DNA from: Candidatus Latescibacterota bacterium
Lineage (GTDB): Bacteria > Latescibacterota > UBA2968 > UBA8231
DNA length: 64,000 nucleotides
Direction of reading: 5' to 3'
NCBI GenBank assembly: GCA_965203175.1
Contig: OZ241867.1
Location: forward strand, 2,688,001 to 2,752,000
A program made the position numbers and the translations under genes. How positions within the stretch are numbered: position 1 is the first letter of the stretch; each line of letters opens with the position of its first letter. Shown here in pieces: positions 1 through 9,684 of the stretch. Under the pieces are notes generated by a model, which was given only the letters and a program-made list of their open reading frames with translations, ran no database searches and was not told the DNA's origin.

Positions 1-2620
1 TATCGACGTAGAGGTCGGTGGTGCCGACGGTTTTTAGGCTGTCGATTTGCTCAAAGATTACCTGCGTCAGCTCCTCGACGCGGTCGGGATCGCTGCCGAA
101 GGCGATGGAGATGCGGTACTCTTCGTCTGGATAGTGCGAGCCGCTGCTGCTGACCCAGACCCCATAGGTGCCACCCAAGTCCTCGCGCAACACCTCGCGC
201 AGCTTGATTTCCAACACGGAGGTCATGGCCCTGAGTTCGAGGTTGTTTTTCCAGCCGTCGTATTCAAAGGGGCCGGTAAAAATCATCTGCGATCGGCTCT
301 TGGGTTCAATGCCGCGATAGACCGCTTTGTCGATCACGCCCTCTGGAGCCTCGATGCCGACGTCGCGCCAAGTCTCCTCCCGTCCCGTGGTCGGCAAGCC
401 ACCCAAATAAGTGCGCACCAACGGCTCTATCTCTTCGAGGGTGAAGTTGCCGACGAAGAAAAACGAGAAGTCGCCGGCGTCGGCAAAGCGATCCTGGTAC
501 ACGGCCATAGACGTGGCCAAGTCCATCTCGTCGAGCAGCTCCAGCGACCAAGGGCGCGCCCGGTGGTGGTACTGCGCCATGGTGACCGCAATGGTGTCGC
601 TGAAAGCCGTCTCCGGACGCGCGCTGCGATTCTGGATAGAGCCCCTCATGAGCGTCTGGTAGGCTTGGAAGGCCGTGCTATCCTGGCGCGGCTCAGTGAA
701 GAAGGCGTAGATCAGCTCGAACATGGTCTGGATATCTTCGGGCGAAGCCGAGCCAGAAACGCCCTCCCGCAAGCTGCTGATCCACGGCGATACCCGCACC
801 ACTTTGCCGGCCAGTTTTTTCTCTAGTTCGATCTTGTTAAACGGCCCCACGCCGCCTTCGCTTACCACCGAAGTCGCAGTAGAGGCTGCCACGTAGTCGG
901 CGTCGGGGATCAGCGAGTGCCCGCCGGGACTATAGGCCCGGAAGAGGATCTCATCGTTTTTGAAATCCGTCGGCTTCAGGCAGACCCGGATGCCGTTGGC
1001 GAGCGTCCACCAAGTCGCGCCGATCTCGGGGATTTCGCTGCGTTCGACGATTTCAGCGGGAGCGGGCACTTGTGCCACCAGCGGCTCGTCGGATACCTCG
1101 TCGGCGTACGGCTCGATCTCCTGCTGCGCCGCCTTGGCGAAGATCGCCAGCAGATCCTGCTCGTTGGGCACGGCAATACCCTCTTGCTCAGGGGCTTCTA
1201 CGGTGATTACCCGGTTTTTTTCGCTCGTCCACTCGCTGGCCAGCACATTGATTTCCTCTAATGCAATGCCGGGTACCAGTTCTTGGTAAAGTTCGTACTC
1301 CTTGGCGATGCCGGGGATGGCTTCGTCGGTCAGCAGGTGGCGCACGTATTCGGACGCAAAACCGCTCGACTGTTGTTTGTCGCGCTCGCGGTAGGACTGC
1401 TCCATGCCGCGCAGCATTTCCTTTTTCTCGCGCGCTAGCTCAGAGGCGGTAAAGCCGTGTTCCCGCACTCGCACTGCTTCAACCAGCAGGGCCTCAAGTC
1501 CGGCGTCGAAACCGTTGTTTTGCACCCCAGCGCCGAGAATGAAAAACTCCTTGGAGCGCAGCCAGCGCCCTTGTCCCGAATAGGCCCCCAAAAAGGGTGG
1601 CTCGGGGAGCTTGGTCAGTTCGTGCAGGCGCTGGTTGAGCATCCGGTGATATAGGGATTCAATCAGCGAGCGGCGGTAGGTGCTCACCGTTCCTTGAGGC
1701 CGCACGTCCATCTTGTAGTAGATGCTGACGCTGTTGTAGGTGGCTTCTGGGTCGGTGGTAATGGCGAAGAGCGTCTCCTCGTGGTCGGGCACGGGGAACA
1801 CTGTACGCTCGGGGGGATTTTCGGCCGCAGGAATACGCGAAAAATACTCCTGTACCAGCGCCTCTACCTCTACTGGCTCAATGTCGCCGACGGCCACAAA
1901 ACCCATCAGGTCGGGCCGATACCAAGTGCGGTAAAAGCGGCGCAGGTCCTCGTGCTGAAAGGTGTCGAGCACGGCCTTCTGGCCGATGACTAGGCGCACG
2001 GCGTAGCGCGAATCCTTCAGGAGAATGGGTATTTGCTCGTCGAACATGCGCTGCTGGGCACCGCGCCGCAGCCGCCACTCTTCGATGACTACGCCCCGTT
2101 CCTTGTCGATTTCCTCGGCCTCAAAACTGATCTGGTGCGCCCAGTCCTCCAGAATTTGGAAGGCTGTGTGTACCACCTCGGCGCTGTCGGTGGGCACGGT
2201 CAGCATGTACACGGTCTCGTCGAAGCTGGTGTAGGCATTGAGATCCGGCCCGAAGCGCATGCCGATCAGCTCCAGATAATCCACCAACTCCTGCTTGGCG
2301 AAGTTTTTGGTGCCATTGAAGGCCATGTGCTCGGCAAAGTGCGCCAGCCCCTGTTGGTTTTCGTCCTCCAGCACCGAGCCGGCATCGACCACCAGCCGCA
2401 GCTCGACTCGGTTTTCGGGCTTTTGGTTTTTGCGGATGACATAGCGCAGGCCGTTGTCTAACTGGCCGACGGTCACCAGCGAGTCAATGGGCAGTTGTGG
2501 ATCCTCTAACTTCTCGGTCGTCTCCTCCATCGCCGCCTGTTGCACGGTCGTCGGCGACGTGCTGACGCAGGCGTACAACAGCACTGGCAGCACAGCGAAC
2601 AGCAGCAAAACTCGTTTCAT
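1..2620 (-). CDS. M16 family zinc protease (PqqL-like) lipoprotein, 3' end outside window
   Basis: Manual translation from ATG at 2620: MKRVLLLFAVLPVLLYAC (lipobox), GQLDNGLRYVI, GSVLEDENQQGLAHFAEHMAFNGT (inverted HxxEH). Missing from the ORF track because it runs off the edge; its antisense shadow ORFs all share one frame. Confidence 0.93.
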   Translation of the reverse strand, partial: MKRVLLLFAVLPVLLYACVSTSPTTVQQAAMEETTEKLEDPQLPIDSLVTVGQLDNGLRYVIRKNQKPENRVELRLVVDAGSVLEDENQQGLAHFAEHMAFNGTKNFAKQELVDYLELIGMRFGPDLNAYTSFDETVYMLTVPTDSAEVVHTAFQILEDWAHQISFEAEEIDKERGVVIEEWRLRRGAQQRMFDEQIPILLKDSRYAVRLVIGQKAVLDTFQHEDLRRFYRTWYRPDLMGFVAVGDIEPVEVEALVQEYFSRIPAAENPPERTVFPVPDHEETLFAITTDPEATYNSVSIYYKMDVRPQGTVSTYRRSLIESLYHRMLNQRLHELTKLPEPPFLGAYSGQGRWLRSKEFFILGAGVQNNGFDAGLEALLVEAVRVREHGFTASELAREKKEMLRGMEQSYRERDKQQSSGFASEYVRHLLTDEAIPGIAKEYELYQELVPGIALEEINVLASEWTSEKNRVITVEAPEQEGIAVPNEQDLLAIFAKAAQQEIEPYADEVSDEPLVAQVPAPAEIVERSEIPEIGATWWTLANGIRVCLKPTDFKNDEILFRAYSPGGHSLIPDADYVAASTATSVVSEGGVGPFNKIELEKKLAGKVVRVSPWISSLREGVSGSASPEDIQTMFELIYAFFTEPRQDSTAFQAYQTLMRGSIQNRSARPETAFSDTIAVTMAQYHHRARPWSLELLDEMDLATSMAVYQDRFADAGDFSFFFVGNFTLEEIEPLVRTYLGGLPTTGREETWRDVGIEAPEGVIDKAVYRGIEPKSRSQMIFTGPFEYDGWKNNLELRAMTSVLEIKLREVLREDLGGTYGVWVSSSGSHYPDEEYRISIAFGSDPDRVEELTQVIFEQIDSLKTVGTTDLYVD

Positions 2621-2720
2621 CGATGACTCCTGTTTTGATTGGTCAATAGCCGATTGATCCATTTCAACCAGCGGTTTGTTCTAGGTTTTGTCTCATTGAC
2701 GCTTGATAGTGCCGAATGTT

Positions 2721-4184
2721 TCATGCTTGGGGAACACTGGCAAACGCTGCACTGGCTTCGGCAATGGAGCCAAACGCGCCGTCGGCCACCGCGGCACACA
2801 GCGCGGCACCGACAGCGGCTTCTTCGCCGTGCGAGCCCACGTGCAGCGGCATAGCGAACTCCGCTTCCAGCGCCGCTCGCAGCACGGGATTTAGCTTGAT
2901 GCCGTTACCTGCGCCAACCAACTTGGAGCGCGCGCTACCGCCCAGTAGGATGGCCTCACGATACGAATCGGCCAACTCGACGGCCATGCCTTCCAACAGC
3001 GCGCGCGTTAGGTGTCCGGCAGTCAGCGTCGCAGCGGTCAACTCGCGGAAGGCGGCTTTGGCGCGCGGTCTGCTGCGCGACCCGGAAAACAGCGGGTCGG
3101 CGCGCACGCCCTCGGCACCAGCCGGTACGTCAGCCGCTAATGCTACGAGCCGCTCGTAGAGGGCCTCGCTGTCGGGTTGGACATCGGCGAGGGTTTGGAT
3201 GGCGTCGGCGAAGAAATCGCGCAGCGTCCTGAACGTCCGCCCGCCGACGGCCCCCACACCGGCCAGCAGATAGCCGCGCTGGATGTAGGGACGCAGTTCG
3301 AGCGAGCCGCGCGGCAGTGGAGCTTCGATATGCAGGGCTGCTTGCCCACCGGTGCCGACGTTGACGGCCACGGTGTTGGCGTAATCGGCGACCGTGCCGG
3401 CAAAGCTGCACTGGTGATCGCCGGACGCCACGGCAACGGGCAATCCCGTTGGTACGCCGAGCTTTTGGGCCATCGCTTCGGTCAGGGGACCGGCCATGGT
3501 ACAAGATTCGACCAGTTCGGGAAACAGCGACTGGTCTAGGCCGAGATCGGCGATAAGCTCATTTGCCCAGGCGCGCTTGGGCACGTCATAGACGCCCCAG
3601 CCGAGCGCGTCTGTAGGATCGACCACTGGTCGTTTGCCCACCAGCCGCGACACCACAAACTCAGGAGCCGCTGTGCCGCTGACGTCGCTGGGAAGTTGAT
3701 TGTTGGCTTGCAGCCAAAACAGGTGCGGCGCGGCGTGGCCAGCCACGATAGGGCAGCCAGTATTGGCAAAGGCGGGCATTTCTCCCTCAGTGGAGATTGA
3801 ACCCCCGCGCTGGGCCATGGCGTCTAAGTAGCTGTGCTGCTGGCCCGGTAGGAAGTCTTGGGCGCGCTGGTCCTGCCAGGAGAAATAAGGCCCTACGACA
3901 TTGAGCGCGGCGTCGAGGAGTTGCAGGCCCTGTTGCTGCCCAGTGACGCCGATGGCTGCTGGCCGGGCGTTGGTGCGGGCTACGAGCGCGGCCGCGTTGT
4001 CGATGGCCAGTTCGGTCATCGCATCGAGATTCCACTCCGAGCGGCTGATGCGCTTATCTGCCGCAGAGGTCGTCTCGGACGAATTGGCTGCGCTGGCTGC
4101 GCCGACGACGGCGTTGGTGCCGAGGTCGATGACGATGGCGACGACAGTCGTCGAGCCGATGTCTAGCGCGAGGTAGGTTGACAT
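2721..4184 (-). CDS. FGGY-family carbohydrate kinase, sedoheptulokinase-like
   Basis: LALDIGST, TGQQQG, SWQDQR, GDHQ, VNVGTGGQ and EEAAVGAA motifs. Confidence 0.85.
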   Translation of the reverse strand: MSTYLALDIGSTTVVAIVIDLGTNAVVGAASAANSSETTSAADKRISRSEWNLDAMTELAIDNAAALVARTNARPAAIGVTGQQQGLQLLDAALNVVGPYFSWQDQRAQDFLPGQQHSYLDAMAQRGGSISTEGEMPAFANTGCPIVAGHAAPHLFWLQANNQLPSDVSGTAAPEFVVSRLVGKRPVVDPTDALGWGVYDVPKRAWANELIADLGLDQSLFPELVESCTMAGPLTEAMAQKLGVPTGLPVAVASGDHQCSFAGTVADYANTVAVNVGTGGQAALHIEAPLPRGSLELRPYIQRGYLLAGVGAVGGRTFRTLRDFFADAIQTLADVQPDSEALYERLVALAADVPAGAEGVRADPLFSGSRSRPRAKAAFRELTAATLTAGHLTRALLEGMAVELADSYREAILLGGSARSKLVGAGNGIKLNPVLRAALEAEFAMPLHVGSHGEEAAVGAALCAAVADGAFGSIAEASAAFASVPQA

Positions 4185-4189
4185 GGGAT

Positions 4190-5209
4190 TTAACTCAGCA
4201 GCGACCAGTCGAAGACCACGCCGAGGTATTCCTCCTTATTGGCGGTCAGTCCTGCGTACATTTGCTGGCAGTCTGCCGGGGACGCTAGGTGGGTCAGCAG
4301 GGGTTCGACGACGAGTTGGCCGTCGGCGATCCACGCGGCGATCTGGCGGTAATTGGCGTCGAGGTCGCGGCAGCGCTCGGTGGCGTGCTGCGGCCAGCGC
4401 CACTCGAGGGCACCGATCATGCGGATTGCCTCTAAGTGGATGCGCAGCAGCATGGGCGTTACATCAAAGTGAGCTGGGGCGCGTGGGCTGCCGAGGAGGA
4501 TGAGTTCGCCGTGGCGGGCAATGCACATCGCGGTCTGGGCGATGACTTCGCTGATGCCAATGGCCTCGACGCCGATGCGGGCACCAGCACCGCCGGTCCA
4601 GTCGCGCACCACAGCTTCCAGATCGTCGCGGCCGGGATTGACGGTGTGCTCGATGCCACAGGCGCGCGCCTGCTGTAGGCGCAGTTCGGACAAATCCGCG
4701 AGCATGACGTCGGCACCAGCCAAGCGGAAGAGCTGGGCGGTGAAGTTGCCTACGAGGCCGCCGCCGATCACGAGCACAGTGTCTCCGGGCTGGACGCTAG
4801 AAGAGCGCAAGGCAGAGATGCTAACACCGGCCATGCGCGTGAACACGAGGTGCTGGCCGGGGGCCTCGCGCGAGACGGGCAGCGCCATGCGCTGCGCATC
4901 TGTCTTGACGATGGAAGCGTGGCGGGCAAAGGATAGCACGCGGTCGCCCGGTTGTACGCCAGAAACCGCGTCGCCGATTTGCAGCACTTGGCCGAGGTTG
5001 CCGTAGCCCGTGCCTCGGGGATACTGGCCAGCGTCGCCGAAGGGCATCTGCTTGACGAGGCCGGTAAATCCCGCGCCTTCGGTGCCAGCGCTGACGACGG
5101 AGTACTCGGTCTCTATCAGCACTTCATGGGGGTGCAGGTGGTCGTCGAGATCGGTTTGGGTGACCTCGATGCGCCCCGGCTCGACGACGGTGAGTTCATG
5201 AGTTAGCAC
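4190..5209 (-). CDS. Zinc-binding (MDR) alcohol dehydrogenase-like protein
   Basis: SVVSAGTE, GDRV, Rossmann GGGLVG; directly upstream of and co-oriented with the kinase. Confidence 0.85.
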   Translation of the reverse strand: MLTHELTVVEPGRIEVTQTDLDDHLHPHEVLIETEYSVVSAGTEGAGFTGLVKQMPFGDAGQYPRGTGYGNLGQVLQIGDAVSGVQPGDRVLSFARHASIVKTDAQRMALPVSREAPGQHLVFTRMAGVSISALRSSSVQPGDTVLVIGGGLVGNFTAQLFRLAGADVMLADLSELRLQQARACGIEHTVNPGRDDLEAVVRDWTGGAGARIGVEAIGISEVIAQTAMCIARHGELILLGSPRAPAHFDVTPMLLRIHLEAIRMIGALEWRWPQHATERCRDLDANYRQIAAWIADGQLVVEPLLTHLASPADCQQMYAGLTANKEEYLGVVFDWSLLS

Positions 5210-5312
5210 AGCGTTCTATCCTCCTTAAACGGGCCGCAGTAAAGGCAAGTTGCGGCAGTATAAAGGGCCTTTGGACAACCGGCGTCAAGCCGTGCAGCGG
5301 TGGCGAAACGGC

Positions 5313-5341
5313 TTGACGAAAAATGCTGACCGTTCTATTTT
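5313..5341 (+). promoter_or_regulatory. Putative sigma70 promoter for mltF
   Basis: TTGACG-N17-TATTTT. Confidence 0.5.
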
Positions 5342-5508
5342 TGGCGGACATACAAGTGGAAGATGTAAAGGAGTAGCTGTTCTTTTAATATTGACCAGTG
5401 AGCTGACAACCTACCCAAAATTTCCACGGCGCGATATTCAATCCAACCCATAAGCGCCGTTTTTCATTCCCGACTAAAACACTACTGAAGCCCGTCGAGC
5501 GGGCCGAT

Positions 5509-7629
5509 TTGGAGAGGAGGTGCGTCGTGTCCTTGCGCACTCGAACGCTTCTTCCTATAGGATTTATTGCCCTGTACACGTTTGTTCAATGCAGCCAACC
5601 GGCGACCCCGGCTCCGGCACCGCCGCAGCCCAAGTACATCGGCGATCTGCCGGTATTGCAATCCCACGGCAAATTGCGTGTCATCGTCCCCCCGGAGCCG
5701 CTGGCCCACATGCCCAAGCGCGCGGAACCCGTGACGATTGACTACGATCTCGCCCGCGACTTGGCCGCAGAGCTCAATCTAGAACTGATGCTGGTAAAGG
5801 CCGAAAATCATGCCCAGATGGTCCAGAAGCTGTTGGAAGGCGAAGGCGACATCGTCGCTGCTAGCCTGACGATTACAGCAGCGCGCCAGGAGCAAGTGGC
5901 GTTTTCCATGCCGTATCTCTACGTGGATGAATATCTGATCACCGCGGCCAGTGACAGCCTGCCGGCGACGATTGAGGACTTGGCCGGGATGAAAATCGGC
6001 GTCCGGCGCTCCAGCTCGCACTACGAGACTCTATTGGATATTCAGCAACGAGTGCCGTCATTGCAGATTCACACCGCGCCGGAGAAGCTCGGCCTTGAGT
6101 ACCTCCTCGACGGCATCGTCCGCGGCGAATACCATGCGACCGTATCCGACGAACACTTGTGGCGGGGGGTGGAAAGCTACTACGACAACATGGTTACGCC
6201 GCTAATGGTGGCCGAAAACCGCCCGATTGCCCTGATGATGCGGCCCGCCGATGTGCGACTCAAGACCAAGGTCGATGAATATCTGCTCGCCCAGCAGTTT
6301 ACGCGCCAGTCCCAGCAGGCCTTCACCGACGATCTGCCCGGCTTAAAAGAGCGTCGGCGGTTGCGCATGATCACCCGCAATAATGCGCTGACCTATTTCA
6401 TCCATCGCGGCCGACAGGTGGGCTTTGAATACGAGCTTATAAAGGAATTCGCCGACCGGCACGCCCTGCGTCTCGATATCGTCATTCCAGAAAGCCACGC
6501 CGATCTGCTGGCGTATTTGAACGAAGGTAAAGGCGATGTCGTGGCCGCGGCGATGACCATTACCGAGGAGCGACGGGCACAGGCGGCGTTTACCCTGCCC
6601 TATAACGAAGTGGACGAGTTAGTGGTCGTGCGCGCTGAGGAGGATTCGATTGCTAGCCTCCAGGACTTGGTCGGGCGTACGATCCACGTGCGCCAAAGCT
6701 CTTCTTTTTATACCACCCTGATAGCCTTTGCCGATTCCATAGAGGGCTTGCAGATCGCGGCACTGCCCGACTCCATCGAAACCGAAGACATCTTGGCCGG
6801 CGTCGAAGAGGGTCGCTACGACGTTACCCTGTGCGACTCCAATCTGCTCGACGTAGAACTTGCCTACGGGCGCCAGCTCAAGGCGGCTTTTAGCATCAAG
6901 CCAACGGCTTTGGGGTGGGCGGTGCGCGAGGACAATCCAGCCTTGCTAGCGGCTCTCAACCAGTATGTAAAAGAAGAAAAGGGTGGCTTGTTTTTTAACA
7001 TGATGAAGAAGCGATACTTCGAAAACAAGCGCACCATCGCCAAAGCGAAGGATTCGCTGCGGGTCGATTTGAGCGGCCGCCTGTCGCCCTATGATGAGCT
7101 GGTAAAAAAATACGCCCGCCAGTACGGCCAGGATTGGCGCTTGATTACCGCGCAGATGTACCAGGAATCCAAGTTCGATCCCCAGGCCATTAGCTGGGTC
7201 GGCGCTCGCGGACTGATGCAGATTATGCCGGTCACAGGACTCGAGCTGGGAGTTACCGATCTGCACGACCCCGAAGAGAATATCCACGCGGGAGTGAAGT
7301 ACATGTCCCAACTGGTCAACCGCTTTGATTCGAACATACCCATAGAGGAACGGACGCGCTTGGCGCTGGCCGCCTACAATGTCGGGTACGGGCACGTGCT
7401 CGATGCGCGCCGCTTGGCCCGCGAAAATGGGTGGAATCCCAACCAGTGGTTTGGCCACGTGGAACAGGCGATGCGGCTGCTTGCTAATCCGGCGTATCAC
7501 GAACGGGCGCGCTATGGCTTCTGTCGCTGCGGCCAGCCCGTGCATTACGTTGGCAACATTCAGAGTATGTACGACGCCTATATCGGGATGCTGACGATGG
7601 TGAGGGAGTCGGACCCAGAGCGTCTCTGA
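5509..7629 (+). CDS. mltF: Membrane-bound lytic murein transglycosylase F-like protein with two solute-binding domains plus SLT domain
   Basis: Two SBP_bac_3-like repeats (GEGDIVAASLTIT; GKGDVVAAAMTIT); SLT motifs YQES, GLMQ, AAYNVGYGHV. Start codon uncertain. Confidence 0.88.
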   Translation: MERRCVVSLRTRTLLPIGFIALYTFVQCSQPATPAPAPPQPKYIGDLPVLQSHGKLRVIVPPEPLAHMPKRAEPVTIDYDLARDLAAELNLELMLVKAENHAQMVQKLLEGEGDIVAASLTITAARQEQVAFSMPYLYVDEYLITAASDSLPATIEDLAGMKIGVRRSSSHYETLLDIQQRVPSLQIHTAPEKLGLEYLLDGIVRGEYHATVSDEHLWRGVESYYDNMVTPLMVAENRPIALMMRPADVRLKTKVDEYLLAQQFTRQSQQAFTDDLPGLKERRRLRMITRNNALTYFIHRGRQVGFEYELIKEFADRHALRLDIVIPESHADLLAYLNEGKGDVVAAAMTITEERRAQAAFTLPYNEVDELVVVRAEEDSIASLQDLVGRTIHVRQSSSFYTTLIAFADSIEGLQIAALPDSIETEDILAGVEEGRYDVTLCDSNLLDVELAYGRQLKAAFSIKPTALGWAVREDNPALLAALNQYVKEEKGGLFFNMMKKRYFENKRTIAKAKDSLRVDLSGRLSPYDELVKKYARQYGQDWRLITAQMYQESKFDPQAISWVGARGLMQIMPVTGLELGVTDLHDPEENIHAGVKYMSQLVNRFDSNIPIEERTRLALAAYNVGYGHVLDARRLARENGWNPNQWFGHVEQAMRLLANPAYHERARYGFCRCGQPVHYVGNIQSMYDAYIGMLTMVRESDPERL

Positions 7630-7670
7630 GCTACTTCCATTTTACGTAGCTGAGGAGCATAGAAGGCGGG

Positions 7671-9683
7671 ATGGCCGAGCCTAAGCTGCGATTCCCGGTG
7701 CGGAAGTTAGCGGCGCTCAGGCCGGGTTATCTGGCGTTGCTGTTTGTCGTGCTAGCCTTGGTGTTGGGGGCCTTTGCGCTCTATGGCCTGCGGCAGGCAC
7801 AGCAATCGACCTTAGAGACACTCGAACGTGGAGCGCGGTCGTTGGCCGAAGCGGTTTCTCGCGCCGAGGAGAACGTGCTCCGCGCCGAAGGCGACATGGA
7901 AGAACTGGTCGAGGAACGGCTGCTGGACAACGCCCGACTGCTGGCTGAGTTGGGGCTGACACAGTCGTTTTCCGACACGCTCGTGGCGCGAATTGCAGCG
8001 GACAACGCCCTCGACCAAGTCGATGTGATCGACGCGACCGGCCGGCTGGTGGCGTCGAGTGGCGTCGTCGATGCGGAGGAGTTGATGGAGTGGCAGCGGG
8101 AGTTGGAGCCGCTGCTGGGAGGCGCGGAGGAGGTGCTGCTGTTCGAGTTAGACGACCAGCTCTTTGCCGTGGCCGTGGCCATGCGGGATGGAGGCGCGGT
8201 GATTGTGCGGGCTGCGGCCGAGCGGCTTTTGCACCTGCGGATTCGCTCCGGCGCTGGTCGGCTGATCCAAGAGATCGGCACCAACCAAGACATTGTATAC
8301 ATGGCATTGCAGGATACGCTGGGCCTGTTGGCCGCTTCGCACGATTTGGTCTTACTCGAAAGCATTGCCGGCGATGCATTTCTCGAGACGGCTCTGACGC
8401 GCAATGCGGCCGCTTCGCGCCTCGTCGAGTTTGAGGGCGAGGAGATTTTTGAGGTCGTCATTCCCTTCGCGCCCCAAGGGACGACGCTGGGGCTTTTGCG
8501 CATTGGCCTCTCGCTCGACGAACTCCGAGCGCAGGAGCAGCGCGGGCGGCTGCAAGTGGCGTTGCTGGTACTGCTGCTCCTGATATTAGGTGCCGTGGGT
8601 GCCGGGGCGGTAATTGTGCGACAAAACTTGGCCCTGCTCAGCGATGCGTACGCGAACATACAGACCTATAGCAGCCGCATCTTGGCGCAGATGACGGACG
8701 CGGTGGTGGCCACAGATCCGGCAGGGACCATTGAAGTCTTCAACCAAGCGGCCGAGGCATTGTTCGGGGTCGAGGGTGAGCAGGTGCGGGGGCAGCGCTT
8801 GCGCGATGTATGGCCGCACGAGGCCGTGGATAGGGCCTTGGCCGGCGAGGAACTGGTGGGCTTGTCTTGTCGTTTTACGGATGCTCAAGGCCACGAGCGG
8901 ACCCTGTCGCTGTCGAGTGCACAGGTGTACAATGCCAGCGGCGAGGTGGAGACCATCGTCTTGGTGATCCAGGATCTGAGCGAGAAGGTGGCGCTGGAAG
9001 CCGATCTCCGGCGGCGCGACCGCTTGGCCTCTATGGGGGCACTGGCCTCGGGCGTGGCCCACGAAGTGCGCAACCCACTCAATGCCATCAGTGTGATCGT
9101 GCAGCGGCTGCGGCGCGAATTTACTCCGCGCACAGACGAGGGCGAATACCGCCAGCTAACCCAAGTCGTCGCCGGTGAGGTCGAGCGGGTCAATCGCATC
9201 ATCCAGCAGTTTTTGGAGCTGGCGCGTCCACCCGCACTCGCAAAGACGCGCGTAGAGCTGACGTCGATCTTAGAGCGGGCGGCTGAGACGGTCGAGCCGC
9301 AAATTCTCGCCGCTGGGCTACGGCTGGAGCGAGATTTTGCCGGCGTAGGCGAAGCCCAAGTCGATGCGGATCAACTACATCAGGCGTTGCTCAACTTACT
9401 GGTCAATGCGGTGGAAGCCACGGACGAAGGACACATCCGGCTAGCGGCCCGGTCGCTGCCCGAGGAATGGGTGGAGATCGGCGTGACTGATACCGGCCAG
9501 GGCATTCCGGTCGAAGATGCCGAGCGGATCTTCGACCTATATTTTACGACCAAGGCCGCGGGCGCGGGGTTGGGTTTGAGCTTGGTGCACCGCATCGTCG
9601 CAGAGCACGGGGGGCGCGTTGAAGTGCAGAGTGATCGCGGCGCAGGCGCGCGATTTGTCATTCTACTGCCGAGGGAATTTTGA
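7671..9683 (+). CDS. PAS sensor histidine kinase, ZraS/HydH-like
   Basis: Two TM segments, PAS region, H-box AHEVRNPLN, N-box NLLVNAVEA, DTGQGI, GAGLGL. Confidence 0.92.
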   Translation: MAEPKLRFPVRKLAALRPGYLALLFVVLALVLGAFALYGLRQAQQSTLETLERGARSLAEAVSRAEENVLRAEGDMEELVEERLLDNARLLAELGLTQSFSDTLVARIAADNALDQVDVIDATGRLVASSGVVDAEELMEWQRELEPLLGGAEEVLLFELDDQLFAVAVAMRDGGAVIVRAAAERLLHLRIRSGAGRLIQEIGTNQDIVYMALQDTLGLLAASHDLVLLESIAGDAFLETALTRNAAASRLVEFEGEEIFEVVIPFAPQGTTLGLLRIGLSLDELRAQEQRGRLQVALLVLLLLILGAVGAGAVIVRQNLALLSDAYANIQTYSSRILAQMTDAVVATDPAGTIEVFNQAAEALFGVEGEQVRGQRLRDVWPHEAVDRALAGEELVGLSCRFTDAQGHERTLSLSSAQVYNASGEVETIVLVIQDLSEKVALEADLRRRDRLASMGALASGVAHEVRNPLNAISVIVQRLRREFTPRTDEGEYRQLTQVVAGEVERVNRIIQQFLELARPPALAKTRVELTSILERAAETVEPQILAAGLRLERDFAGVGEAQVDADQLHQALLNLLVNAVEATDEGHIRLAARSLPEEWVEIGVTDTGQGIPVEDAERIFDLYFTTKAAGAGLGLSLVHRIVAEHGGRVEVQSDRGAGARFVILLPREF

Positions 9684-9684
9684 A

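Noticed and set aside
47-2461. Series of + strand ORFs (259, 114, 99, 142 aa)
   Set aside because: Antisense shadows of the M16 protease, all in one codon-aligned frame
5283-5318. Inverted repeat CGTCAAGCCG..CGGCTTGACG as riboswitch or mobile end
   Set aside because: One arm is the -35 box of the mltF promoter; no recognisable RNA motif
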